A program made the translations under genes and the position numbers. From positions 1 to 62,127 of IMG/VR virus record IMGVR_UViG_3300026911_000014: a DNA stretch of 62,127 nt; one strand, 5' to 3'. Shown piece by piece: positions 29,832 to 39,780 of the stretch (positions are counted from its first letter, which is position 1; every line of letters begins with the position of its first letter). The notes beneath the pieces were generated by a model, which ran no database searches, was not told where the DNA came from, and worked only from the letters and a program-made list of their open reading frames with translations. Source of the stretch: a virus. Taxonomy: Duplodnaviria; Caudoviricetes.

Positions 29832-32800
29832 TGGCAGATAATGATACTATACAGGAGCCTCCAGAAGTAGATAACCAAGATCAAAAACTCCCAGACAATG
29901 GTCCGGGACCACAACAGCCTACTTTAAAGGATGAAGATAAACAGCGATTGGTAAAGATTATTACCAAGATGCAAAGCGCTGGAGAGTCGGATGATAATAT
30001 TAAGGCTGTAGTCAAGAGATTTCAGGAGATAAATGGAGCACCAACTAATTCATTGCCTTCCGTTGATAAATCAGTTAAATCAACTAGCCAAACACTTGAT
30101 CAACCTATTCAATTCAATGGTACATTTCAGCCTGATTTAGAGGGAGAGAAAAAGGGGCTATATTTGAATGACCCTCAGTATCAGCAACAAAAAAACGATT
30201 TTGTTGATAGGGTATTGACTGACCCTAAAGGAAGATTATTATATCCTGAGCAAGATCCAGCTACTGGCAAGTGGCAAAACTACTACACTAAAGAGCCTCT
30301 GCCTAACTTTGATCCACAGGAGATGCAAGGAAGAATTTTGCAAGTTCCGCATGCATATTTGTCCGCAACTGGTGGTAAGCAGTTTATAAGTCCAGTATAC
30401 GACAAAGAAACGAATTCCTACAAATTCCCAGGAGTTCAGACTCCCGATGTACCTACTATACAAACACTTCCTCAAGCTACTGTATATGTTAAAAAATGGG
30501 AAGAACCAGATAAAACGGCATATCAAGGTCCGACTAAGTTAATGGTGGATGAATCTGATAGCCAAAGAGGAGAATTAAGAGATGTTTTAAAAGAACACCC
30601 AGAATTAGATCAGCAAATTAAAGAAACCCTCAATAAATATGGTTCTCAATACGGCCATTCATTGCAAACTGGAAGTGGTTCAATGGCTAATGTCCTTCAA
30701 AAAACAGTAGAAGATCACTACGACTTAACTAAGCCGCTGCCTAAAACTATCGATCAGGAAGTATTAAATGGGCATCTTAATATCTTAAACAATTTCGATA
30801 CTAATCGACAAGAGTTCGAGGCTCGCCAAAGAGATTTACAGCATCAGGCTGATTTATTGACTGATAGAGCAAAGCGAACAGGGCAGCCAGTCTCTTCGGA
30901 AGATGCTGAACGGTTAGCTCAGAAAGCCTCCCAAAACATTAAAACGTGGCAAGAGTATGCTAAGTCAGTTCAATTCTCACAAAATTATGTGAATCAACCA
31001 GAAGTCCAAGATTATCTTACTCAATTCAAAAAGAGACAACAAGGCATACAACTATTGGATGAGATAAATCAACGGGCATTCCCCAATGAGGTTAAATCTC
31101 AAATTAAGCAAGATGAATATGATCGAAAAGCTATTGAAGGCAATTTGAATGCGTGGGACTATACAAAAAATACACTAGGCCGAGCATTTAGTGGTCTTTC
31201 TAATGTAGGCGAAACAGCACTTAAAATATTACCCGGAGTACTCACCGGAGGTGCTGTTAATTTTGATCCATCCTTTATTGAGAAGTTGAATAATAATGCG
31301 CAACAAGTAATAGCAAAACATTTGCCAACGATTTCGCAAGAAGGACTAGAGGAAATGACAAAGCATGGAATGGGACATACCATTAACGATCTTACAGGGA
31401 TGGTAGGAAGTTTTGCACCATATATTGTTCCCGGATTAGCAGAAGAGGGGCTAGGGGCTAAAGCGGCCACATTTGGAACGGCTCTTGCCGAATCCATGCC
31501 AGAAGCCCAAAGAGAAGCTGAAAAACAAGGATTAACAGGTTCGGCCTATAATATGTACGTAACGGCCAAACCATTGGTGAATGCCGCCTTTATGACGTTA
31601 TTGCCAAATGCCAAATTTGCCAAAGGGTTTGATAATGATGTGGCCAAAGCTGTAGTAAATGGTGAATTTAATAATCCTCGTGCAGCATTAATTAATCTAG
31701 CTAAAAAGGTAGCAACAGTACATCCTGGAGATGTGGCGCATTTGCAAGCCATGTTGTCTGGAACGGCACTAGGAAATGCTTTGGTTAATGGAATTACCAA
31801 TACACTTCAAAGTTCTCAGGATTTACAAAGAGGAATAGGGAGAAAAGAAGGACTTCCTGTAGAACTATCGGGCATCTTCAATCCAAGGCAAACCGTTATT
31901 ATGGCTATGGCTGGAAAATTATTGGAAGCCGTACCTACCCTGAAGAATTCGATAGGAGACTTGCAAAAAGGAAAAAACATTCAAGAGACCTATAACAATA
32001 TTGAAAATAACTTAGTTGAATTGGCTGGTCATAATTTAGAAGGAGTTAGCCAACAAGTACAGAAATTGTTGAAGAAAGATCCGGGAAACATATATGCCCA
32101 GCATTTAAAGAACACTTTAGAGGATTTTGCTCACGCAGAAGCCAGAATGCCAGAGGGATTAGAACCTGAGCAAAAAGCTGCTTTGTTCGGGGTACAGAAG
32201 CAAATCGAACAGAAAAAGAGACAAATGGCATATGCTGATCCAGCGTATGCTACTCACCTTCAAAAGAATATAGACGAATTAAATAAGCAAATTCCTGAAA
32301 TATTAAAGGACAATAAGAAGGCTCTTGATTACATGAAAGATGCCCATAAAGACTTTGCAGAATCAATTTTATCATCTAAAACAGAAAGCGATGAAGAAAC
32401 CAAAGCCGCTACAGATCCCGAAGCCGAAGGGCAGCAAGGGCAAATAAGCGAAAAACCAGTTGAAGGGGCAGCTATTAAAGGCGAGGAAGGTGGTGCTGCT
32501 CCTTCTCTTTCAGTTGAAAAAGATCCTAATTTTAGAACATTGGATTATGGTGATAACAAGGGTAAGGAAGAGAATGAGGAAGCCCAAGAAAAAATTAAAC
32601 AAGAGATTCTGAATGATGATAGGATAGGATCTAATGGGGAAAAATTTAGTGAATTTGTTGGTCGGGTAATCCCTGCAATGCAGTATGCAATGGAAAGTGA
32701 GCCACATAATACAGCCATTATAACTCACTCTTCCGTTATTAAAGCCCTTAGAGTATGGGAAGAAATGGGGCGTCCCGACAAAATTGAAGGGAGTAAATTA

Positions 32801-35764
32801 AAAGAATTTTCTCAGAGATATGTAGATTTGAAACCAGAAGCAGAAGGGAAGGTTCATACGTTCAAAGGGGATAATGGGAATGATATAAAAGTGGTTAGGC
32901 ATGGAGAGACAGAGGACAATAAACTTTCTGAATTTAGGCAAGATGACACCCAGCTAACCGAAAAAGGTAAAACGCAAGCAGAAAATGCTGGTAGTAATCT
33001 AATTAAAGAAACTAATGGCGAAGTGCCAAAAATAATTTCATCTGATTTGCCTAGAACACTTCACACATCTGATATTATTAATCAAAAGTTACTAGATCAT
33101 GTACGAAAGCAACCAACAGAGGAAGTACTTCAACGTGAACAAGAAGAAACTGGAAGCACAAGAGGTGAACGTGGACGAGTGGAATCAGGAGAGCAAGGGG
33201 ATGAATCTTCCAGAGAAAGTGGACAGTCCAGAAAGTCAGACAAAGAAGAAAGTAAAAGTGAGAGTAAAGAAGCAGATGTAAGCGACTTGCCTTTTATAGA
33301 CGAAGAAGGAGATGATGAATTTACTAGTACTCGTAATAAAGTTACAAGAGAAAAAGTAAAGGAAAGCGGGTTAAAGCCAGCAATGGAAGAAGCGGCCAGA
33401 GATTTTGGTACAGTATGGGAACAAGCAAAGAAAAAAATAGCCAAAGGGGAAAATATAGAAGGACTCATAGATAACCTTTCTAAAAAACCTAGGGCCGTTA
33501 CAGATTTGGAAAATGCCATGATTTTATGGCATCAAAATGTAAAAGAATCTCAATTAGCAGCGGCAAACAAGGATTTAAAAGAAGCAACTGAATCTGGTGA
33601 TGATGAAGCATGGAATAATGCACAGGATAGACGAGTTAAATTATTAGATGACCTTCAGAAAATCTATAATGTAGATAAGGCAATAGGACGTGAAACGGCT
33701 AGGGGGTTGAATGCCAGAAAAATGATAGCGGATAGACGGTTCTCTTTAATCAATATGCAGCTGGAGAAAAGTGCTGCGAATGGCGGCAAGGAACTCACAA
33801 CAGAACAACAATCCGAACTTCAGAAGCAATACGAGGATATTAAAAAGACGAAGGAGGCATATGAGGCAAAAATAGAGGAATTAACCAAACAAAATGCTAA
33901 ACTCGCTGCTGAGAGACAAATTGCTACCGAAAAGAAGGGAGTTTCAAGAAATAGAAAAACAAAGCAAGAATACAATACAGAACGAAAGGATATTTTAAAG
34001 AAAATGAGGGCAGATCTTTTAAAGGCCGCTAAGGGTGGCGAAGGATTAACTTCTTCAATTCCATTCGCCGCTCAATTAAAAGCGATTGCCCCTCACATAC
34101 CGGATTTAGTAAAGAGTTTCATTGAGGAGGGTATTGATAAGATAGAGGATATTACCAAGCACATAGTTGATTTGCTCAAACCAGATATTCCAGATATTGA
34201 AGAACGTCATGTACATGATTTAATATCAGGAGTTTACAATACCAAAGAAGAGCCAAAAGAACTCACAGATAAAGAGAAGGCTAGAAAGGGGAAAAATGAA
34301 AAAATAAGGAATGTAAAAAAAGAGGCTCAAATACAAAAATATAGAGTTACTGATCCGAAGTTGTTAAAAGCACAAGCTGATTATGAAAGAGCTAAGGATA
34401 AATACTTGCAAGGGCTAAAGGTTGATGAGAAAAAATCAAGATCTTTATTCCAAAAGACGCAAGATACATTCTTAAAATACGAGCGGTTTGCAAAATTATC
34501 GAATCCGATAACATTAGGCAAATTGACGGCTGCCGCTATCACAAGATTAGCAACTACGCCTATCGAAAGCGGAGTGGGAGCAGTATATTCTGCTGTATTA
34601 CCGGGAATAGCTAAAAAGGCTCCGGGAGAAGCCGGAATAAATGTTAATGCGGCTGCTAGAGGATATAGGGAGGCTTTCATGAAAGGATTATCGGATGCGG
34701 CCATTGTTGCCAAAGGGGGTAAAACAGATATTGAGGCCGTCTTTGGTAAAAAAGGACATCCGCCACCAGAGGCTATAGATTTCTTCGGTCAACTGCATAG
34801 CGCTATTAAAGCCCCTGTGAAGAGGTTTGCATTTGAGCGGTCATTCCAGAAAAGATTAGCTAATAATATTAAAAATGGAGTTGCCATAGATGGCATGACA
34901 GAAGCTCGGATTGCTATGGAAGCGTATAAAGATGCGGAAAGATCTATCTTCATGCAGGACAACCCGATTTCTAAAGGCTGGACAACAGCTATGAGTCAAT
35001 TGGAAAAGTCCGGGGAAACAGGCAAACTGGTAGCCACAATAGGGCAATGGCTAATTCCTTTCGTAAAAGTACCCACAAATATATTGGGCGAAACTCTTTC
35101 AAATGTTATTGGACCTGAAGTAGCCATTGGTAAGATTATAGCCACAAGCCTGGGTAAGGGATTAAAAAATCTATCTCAGGATGAGGCGGAAAGTATTATG
35201 CGAAACCTTAAAAAGGGAACTATTGGGCATGTAGCATTAATGGCTGGGTATCTTCATCCGGAAGTCTTTGGTGGATATTACCAGAAAGGAGAGAAGAGAA
35301 AACCGGGAGATGTTAAACCGGGAGATATTAAGATAGGAGATGTAACAATTCCTGCGTGGGTTACAGAAGCCCCCATCTTTCAAGCCATGCAAATTGGGGC
35401 TACAGTTCGTCGTGTAAAGGATTCCTTAGTTAAGGGGAAAGCGAAAGGATTGGGAGAAGGCATTTGGGGCGGCGCTTTAGGGTTAATGTCTCATGAACCA
35501 CTAATTGACGAGCCGTCCCGACTTACTGGAATGATGGCTAGTGCCAAAGAAAGAGAATATTTCCTAGGGGAATTAGCCAAGAGTACTTTAGTCCCAGCGG
35601 TATCCGAATATGCGGCTAAAGTATTGGACCCCGTTGATTCACGGCCTACACCTGAAAAGATGATAGAACCTGCTAATTTAAGACAACCTTCCACTATAGG
35701 AGAACATATAGAGAGCGCTATACCTGTATTGAGAGAGAATGTAGGTAAAAAGAAAAAGAAATGA
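29831..35764 (+). CDS. Large ejection / polyvalent protein with a histidine-phosphatase domain
   Basis: 1977 aa; contains RHGET, LTEKGKTQA, ISSDLPRT and ITHSSVI motifs; helical C-terminus with IPFVKVPTNI typical of ejection proteins. Confidence 0.75.
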   Translation: MADNDTIQEPPEVDNQDQKLPDNGPGPQQPTLKDEDKQRLVKIITKMQSAGESDDNIKAVVKRFQEINGAPTNSLPSVDKSVKSTSQTLDQPIQFNGTFQPDLEGEKKGLYLNDPQYQQQKNDFVDRVLTDPKGRLLYPEQDPATGKWQNYYTKEPLPNFDPQEMQGRILQVPHAYLSATGGKQFISPVYDKETNSYKFPGVQTPDVPTIQTLPQATVYVKKWEEPDKTAYQGPTKLMVDESDSQRGELRDVLKEHPELDQQIKETLNKYGSQYGHSLQTGSGSMANVLQKTVEDHYDLTKPLPKTIDQEVLNGHLNILNNFDTNRQEFEARQRDLQHQADLLTDRAKRTGQPVSSEDAERLAQKASQNIKTWQEYAKSVQFSQNYVNQPEVQDYLTQFKKRQQGIQLLDEINQRAFPNEVKSQIKQDEYDRKAIEGNLNAWDYTKNTLGRAFSGLSNVGETALKILPGVLTGGAVNFDPSFIEKLNNNAQQVIAKHLPTISQEGLEEMTKHGMGHTINDLTGMVGSFAPYIVPGLAEEGLGAKAATFGTALAESMPEAQREAEKQGLTGSAYNMYVTAKPLVNAAFMTLLPNAKFAKGFDNDVAKAVVNGEFNNPRAALINLAKKVATVHPGDVAHLQAMLSGTALGNALVNGITNTLQSSQDLQRGIGRKEGLPVELSGIFNPRQTVIMAMAGKLLEAVPTLKNSIGDLQKGKNIQETYNNIENNLVELAGHNLEGVSQQVQKLLKKDPGNIYAQHLKNTLEDFAHAEARMPEGLEPEQKAALFGVQKQIEQKKRQMAYADPAYATHLQKNIDELNKQIPEILKDNKKALDYMKDAHKDFAESILSSKTESDEETKAATDPEAEGQQGQISEKPVEGAAIKGEEGGAAPSLSVEKDPNFRTLDYGDNKGKEENEEAQEKIKQEILNDDRIGSNGEKFSEFVGRVIPAMQYAMESEPHNTAIITHSSVIKALRVWEEMGRPDKIEGSKLKEFSQRYVDLKPEAEGKVHTFKGDNGNDIKVVRHGETEDNKLSEFRQDDTQLTEKGKTQAENAGSNLIKETNGEVPKIISSDLPRTLHTSDIINQKLLDHVRKQPTEEVLQREQEETGSTRGERGRVESGEQGDESSRESGQSRKSDKEESKSESKEADVSDLPFIDEEGDDEFTSTRNKVTREKVKESGLKPAMEEAARDFGTVWEQAKKKIAKGENIEGLIDNLSKKPRAVTDLENAMILWHQNVKESQLAAANKDLKEATESGDDEAWNNAQDRRVKLLDDLQKIYNVDKAIGRETARGLNARKMIADRRFSLINMQLEKSAANGGKELTTEQQSELQKQYEDIKKTKEAYEAKIEELTKQNAKLAAERQIATEKKGVSRNRKTKQEYNTERKDILKKMRADLLKAAKGGEGLTSSIPFAAQLKAIAPHIPDLVKSFIEEGIDKIEDITKHIVDLLKPDIPDIEERHVHDLISGVYNTKEEPKELTDKEKARKGKNEKIRNVKKEAQIQKYRVTDPKLLKAQADYERAKDKYLQGLKVDEKKSRSLFQKTQDTFLKYERFAKLSNPITLGKLTAAAITRLATTPIESGVGAVYSAVLPGIAKKAPGEAGINVNAAARGYREAFMKGLSDAAIVAKGGKTDIEAVFGKKGHPPPEAIDFFGQLHSAIKAPVKRFAFERSFQKRLANNIKNGVAIDGMTEARIAMEAYKDAERSIFMQDNPISKGWTTAMSQLEKSGETGKLVATIGQWLIPFVKVPTNILGETLSNVIGPEVAIGKIIATSLGKGLKNLSQDEAESIMRNLKKGTIGHVALMAGYLHPEVFGGYYQKGEKRKPGDVKPGDIKIGDVTIPAWVTEAPIFQAMQIGATVRRVKDSLVKGKAKGLGEGIWGGALGLMSHEPLIDEPSRLTGMMASAKEREYFLGELAKSTLVPAVSEYAAKVLDPVDSRPTPEKMIEPANLRQPSTIGEHIESAIPVLRENVGKKKKK

Positions 35765-36714
35765 GAAAATATTATGCTTTAGATAGTGGGGATGTTGCTT
35801 CTAGTCCTTCCTTGGCCGAAGTGTCTAAAATGGTTACCCCCATAGATGCGGCTGCCCCCACATCAATTAGGCCACTTCCTATTACCGCCCCTGTTTTAAA
35901 GTCTACTCCTAATAGGATTCCTCTTCCCAATTATGAAGATCCAAAATCAAGAGCCAACTATCTAACGCAATGGCAGTCTGTTCATGGCCCTTTAGAAGGA
36001 AGAGGGGATACTGTATTAAAAGTCAATGAAATACCTAGGGGGAGCACTTTGAGTGCTAAAGTATTATCTGCACAAGCTGCTAGTAAATATGGCATCGATC
36101 CAGCACTTCTATACTCTTCTGCTATGGAAGAAGGAATGAGCGGCTTATTCAAAGACAAGAATACTGGGATTGATACCAAACATCGAAAACCTACAGATGT
36201 AGGGTACCAAGATTTCTATGGAGATAAAGATTTCCCTGTAAATGGGGATTGGAGTTTTGGGCTAAATACTTTCTCAGATCGATATCCGGATCTTGTTAAA
36301 AAAGGCTACTTGCCTTCCTCTTTTGTCAATAATTTTAGAGGCCCTAAGAATGAAGGTCAATGGAATAAGAATGATTTTAAAGATGCAGGTAGTGCTATGC
36401 AGGCTAAAGCTGCTATGCTTAAATATCACTATGATGATATAGATTCTTATGCTCGCCAACGTGGAATTACGCTTTCCCCTAAAGCAAGAGACTTTTTTGC
36501 ACTTGCAGAATATAATGGCGGAGAAGGCACCGGCCATCAGATGTTAAACGACTATTATAATAACGGACACCTAGAAGGAGATAAATTTTTGGAAAGTCGT
36601 CCCACAACGGGAAAAGGGTTGAAGTCAACTTCTTATAAAACCGTATACGATAATGTATCTAGGAGATTGAAAATGAGGGAAGGGCTAAAAAGCGAAGGAT
36701 TATTTGATAATTAG
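35761..36714 (+). CDS. Lytic transglycosylase / lysozyme-like virion protein
   Basis: ASKYGIDPALLYSSAMEEG (catalytic Glu position) and ALAEYNGGEG. Confidence 0.7.
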   Translation: MRKYYALDSGDVASSPSLAEVSKMVTPIDAAAPTSIRPLPITAPVLKSTPNRIPLPNYEDPKSRANYLTQWQSVHGPLEGRGDTVLKVNEIPRGSTLSAKVLSAQAASKYGIDPALLYSSAMEEGMSGLFKDKNTGIDTKHRKPTDVGYQDFYGDKDFPVNGDWSFGLNTFSDRYPDLVKKGYLPSSFVNNFRGPKNEGQWNKNDFKDAGSAMQAKAAMLKYHYDDIDSYARQRGITLSPKARDFFALAEYNGGEGTGHQMLNDYYNNGHLEGDKFLESRPTTGKGLKSTSYKTVYDNVSRRLKMREGLKSEGLFDN

Positions 36715-36732
36715 AGAATCTTTATTTAATTT

Positions 36733-36756
36733 GGCATCTATATACAATAAGGGACA
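36733..36756 (+). repeat. Left terminal inverted repeat GGCATCTATATACAATAAGGGACA
   Basis: Matches the reverse complement of 41690-41713 at 18/24 positions. Confidence 0.6.
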
Positions 36757-36774
36757 GACCCAAAAAAATAAAAA

Positions 36775-36865
36775 TCCCCTTTATCAAAATTCTGTTAAAT
36801 ACAGATAAGCCCATTAGATATGGTGGAATAGTCGAGAACTATCCATATCATTTATGTAAAGGGGA
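36775..36865 (-). ncRNA. Branched structured RNA / terminator near the element end
   Basis: Closing stem tcccctttat/gtaaagggga; inner stems gatatgg/ccatatc and tctgt/acaga; U-tail on the minus strand. Confidence 0.4.
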
Positions 36866-36875
36866 GAATCCCAAA

Positions 36876-37274
36876 TTAATTTTCTCTAAACCAGTCAACA
36901 ATGGCTTGAAGATTCTCTTTCATAAGCTCAAAGGGGGGACAAAAAATGGTTTTTGGAAGGGTACTATCCTTGGCTACCGCAGTTGCCAACACATTTTTAA
37001 AAACGTTAGTGGTATTAGAGAATAGAGGGTATAGTTCGTCTGCTGTTAGGCTTCCATCAGTGTGAATATGATGGAGGAACTCCATATAAGCAATAGTATA
37101 TTTTGATCGTTCGGCAATGTTAGTACCTTGAACAACTGGAGTGATTTGCAGAAAAAGAAGATTTCCAGATTTTTCTTTTTTAATATCAAAAAGGTATTCG
37201 CAATCTGGATTTTTAAAAAGGGGGATATCAAATTTAGGTTGCCCGATTTGTGGAGTTTTAATACTCAGAATCAT
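36876..37274 (-). CDS. Hypothetical passenger protein
   Basis: ORF with an A-rich leader. Confidence 0.6.
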   Translation of the reverse strand: MILSIKTPQIGQPKFDIPLFKNPDCEYLFDIKKEKSGNLLFLQITPVVQGTNIAERSKYTIAYMEFLHHIHTDGSLTADELYPLFSNTTNVFKNVLATAVAKDSTLPKTIFCPPFELMKENLQAIVDWFREN

Positions 37275-37335
37275 GTTTTATTTTTTGATTGTTTATAAAT
37301 GAGTGCCCTTTCTGCTTCCAACAGGAGGGCATTTT

Positions 37336-37761
37336 TCATATTCTTTCTACATAATACAAGTAGGTTTTGTCTGGGTATTCGATAATGAAGGCTGCATAAT
37401 GAGGGGCTTTCTCGGATTCGTATATTTTTTGGCTGATTTTGCACTTAACTTGTTTAAAATCAGATGCCCAGAAGGTATAAGTCGCCACACTATCTTGTTC
37501 AAAGGCTTCTATTGGTTTTCCTATAAGGTGATATACCTGGAGGGAGGGCGAGTGGATATAAAGAACGGAGCTATCCATATCGAACTCTACGGGCATATTC
37601 TTTAGATTCTTGATTTCTGGCGGATCTACCACTTGATTCTGATACTTAGTGCATATAAATTGGGAAGCTGTAAAACGGTACAATTGAGCGATACAATGAT
37701 TCGCCAATAGTATAAAAACTGCTATTAATGTATAGATTCTCTTTTTTGAAGTAGAAGGCAT
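37336..37761 (-). CDS. Secreted hypothetical passenger protein
   Basis: Signal peptide ...KKRIYTLIAVFILLANHCIA/Q. Confidence 0.65.
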   Translation of the reverse strand: MPSTSKKRIYTLIAVFILLANHCIAQLYRFTASQFICTKYQNQVVDPPEIKNLKNMPVEFDMDSSVLYIHSPSLQVYHLIGKPIEAFEQDSVATYTFWASDFKQVKCKISQKIYESEKAPHYAAFIIEYPDKTYLYYVERI

Positions 37762-37772
37762 AGATATTATTA

Positions 37773-38255
37773 TTAGCTAGTGGCATATTTTTCATCATGA
37801 TTAGCCATTATATAATAACTCCATATTGGGAATATAAAACAACTTATCAGTAGAAATAAATCCAATATAGATTTTGCATCTTTTTGGGATGCATCATAAG
37901 GGGTAAATACTTTTTCTGTTTCTGTAGTCTCTCCATTTTCCCACTTTGTGGTATACGAATATGATTTTGTTTGACCAGCCATAATTTTCTCGCAAATAAA
38001 AGCTGATGCGCGTTGACGACTAAAAAATAAAATCAACCCGCATAAAACGGTCAAATAAAAACCAGCGTGCTTAATAGTTCGATTAGATAAGGAAAATGAA
38101 TTAATGCTAAATCCCTTTAAAAGAATGCAGGTAATTGGCGTCAAGATTAACAGAGATAAATAAACATAGGGGAGCAGAAAAAGAGCGCACATTATGACAC
38201 AGACAATGCCAGCCATAATAAATCCTAAGATGTAATCTTTAATACTTTGAAACAT
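37773..38255 (-). CDS. Multi-pass membrane passenger protein
   Basis: About four hydrophobic segments. Confidence 0.6.
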   Translation of the reverse strand: MFQSIKDYILGFIMAGIVCVIMCALFLLPYVYLSLLILTPITCILLKGFSINSFSLSNRTIKHAGFYLTVLCGLILFFSRQRASAFICEKIMAGQTKSYSYTTKWENGETTETEKVFTPYDASQKDAKSILDLFLLISCFIFPIWSYYIMANHDEKYATS

Positions 38256-38297
38256 GGTAAATGATTAAATAGCCCATCGTCCCTAAATGGCGGTATT

Positions 38298-38450
38298 AAA
38301 AAAATTTGCGTGGGACATTAGCCACTCAGGATCAAGAGGTACTAGCAATACCCGACGTTCCATGAAATGACTAAAGCCCACGCATTGCGTGAGCGATCAG
38401 TCTGAGTTTCGTTGGAACGTTAAAGGAAAGTGCTAGTTTTCTTGATCCCG
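38298..38450 (-). ncRNA. c4/CI-like antisense-attenuator RNA
   Basis: tgcgtggg/cccacgca closing stem with U-tail; three internal segments complementary to upstream leader segments. Confidence 0.5.
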
Positions 38451-38600
38451 GAAATCAGCTAAACGCTAATTATATGTAAGGACAAATGTTAGGATAAACA
38501 CTTTATCCGGGGGAGCTCTTGTTAATTCTCATATCTGGCGATATTTTGCGTTAATAAATTACGTTGCTTTACAAAGAACGATAAAATAGTAGAAATAGTG

Positions 38601-38678
38601 AAGCGGCAACTGTTCTCTTTCCGCCAACGCAGGGAATCGCCAGAGTCCCGTAGACAGATTGAGGGGTTGCCGCTTTTT
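38601..38678 (+). ncRNA. Structured RNA / terminator
   Basis: Perfect 10-bp stem aagcggcaac/gttgccgctt enclosing 55 nt, followed by a T-run. Confidence 0.4.
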
Positions 38679-38917
38679 AGTTAAATCAGGCCATTAGGAG
38701 GATAAACCCACCTCTCAATAGGACGAAATGGGATTACGTTTTCACTAAGTAATTGAGAAGTAACCCAAAGGAATAGAAAATAGCCGACAAGGACAATACG
38801 GGCAACTACTTATTTAACCTGTAGCCTTAAAGGGCTAAAAAAGGGTGTTTTAACGGTATGGGTGAAAGTTCTTTTGAATTATCTTTCGATTCTTAAAGTT
38901 AACTTTCGCATCATAAA

Positions 38918-39451
38918 ATGAAAGAGGCCATTGATTTATATGCTAAAATCGTAATCGCTATGTTTAGCTTCATTGGCCCTTCTTTTACTCTTTTGATTGC
39001 TTTATTTGTTCCTGCCATAGAAAGGTCAAAAATTAGACATAAATCAAGAATGAGTACCTTGCAGGAGATTATATCTAAAAATATTGTAGAGGGAACCAAT
39101 TTTGAAGCTATGGTTTCCACTGGGAAAGAACAGTTAGATAAATTACAAAAGACTAATAAAAAGGAACTTACGTTTTTGAATCCCAAAATTCAGGTGAAGA
39201 GGTTGTCGTTTGGGTTGGTTCTTTCTATAATTGGGATCGAATTTTATTATTTTGAACATTCTCAGTTTTGGCATTGGGCATCTCCCTGGTGGAAGATAGG
39301 AGTGCTATTAATAAGTGCGGGAGGATTCGTATATTGTATATATGTTCTTTGGCAGTTATTTTGCACTATTATACGGATAAAGACAGAGGATGAAACGACC
39401 AAACAAGAAGGGATCAAACCACAAGTTAATCCCTCTATAAATACACAATAA
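38918..39451 (+). CDS. Membrane passenger protein (3 TM)
   Basis: Hydrophobic segments separated by a coiled-coil region. Confidence 0.65.
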   Translation: MKEAIDLYAKIVIAMFSFIGPSFTLLIALFVPAIERSKIRHKSRMSTLQEIISKNIVEGTNFEAMVSTGKEQLDKLQKTNKKELTFLNPKIQVKRLSFGLVLSIIGIEFYYFEHSQFWHWASPWWKIGVLLISAGGFVYCIYVLWQLFCTIIRIKTEDETTKQEGIKPQVNPSINTQ

Positions 39452-39771
39452 TGAGCACTTTTAAAGTCATACAAATACTAAGTGCCAATACCATCCGCGT
39501 CGCTCCCGGATGGACAGTTGCTATAAATGGGGAATCATTTGAAGACGATAAAGTAAGAATTTCTGGACTAAAGGTAGATCCTACCAATGCATATGTCCAG
39601 CATCGATTGACTTCCTTTCTTTTACAGAAAGGGGTTGAACTTATCAACGCGACACTTATTCCGAATGTTGATTTTGTCGGAGCAAAAATATCTTGCGATG
39701 TTATTTTGGATGGGACAAACATCACTTATTATTTCCCTGAATTTAGGGAAGGTTTAAAGGTTACGGGATAA
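39451..39771 (+). CDS. Thermonuclease (SNase)-like OB-fold protein lacking catalytic residues
   Basis: FKVIQILSANTIRV...VRISGL...LLQKGV...CDVILDG follows the SNase pattern, but DGDT, DAPE and GR are replaced. Confidence 0.5.
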   Translation: MSTFKVIQILSANTIRVAPGWTVAINGESFEDDKVRISGLKVDPTNAYVQHRLTSFLLQKGVELINATLIPNVDFVGAKISCDVILDGTNITYYFPEFREGLKVTG

Positions 39772-39780
39772 CTTTCCCAA

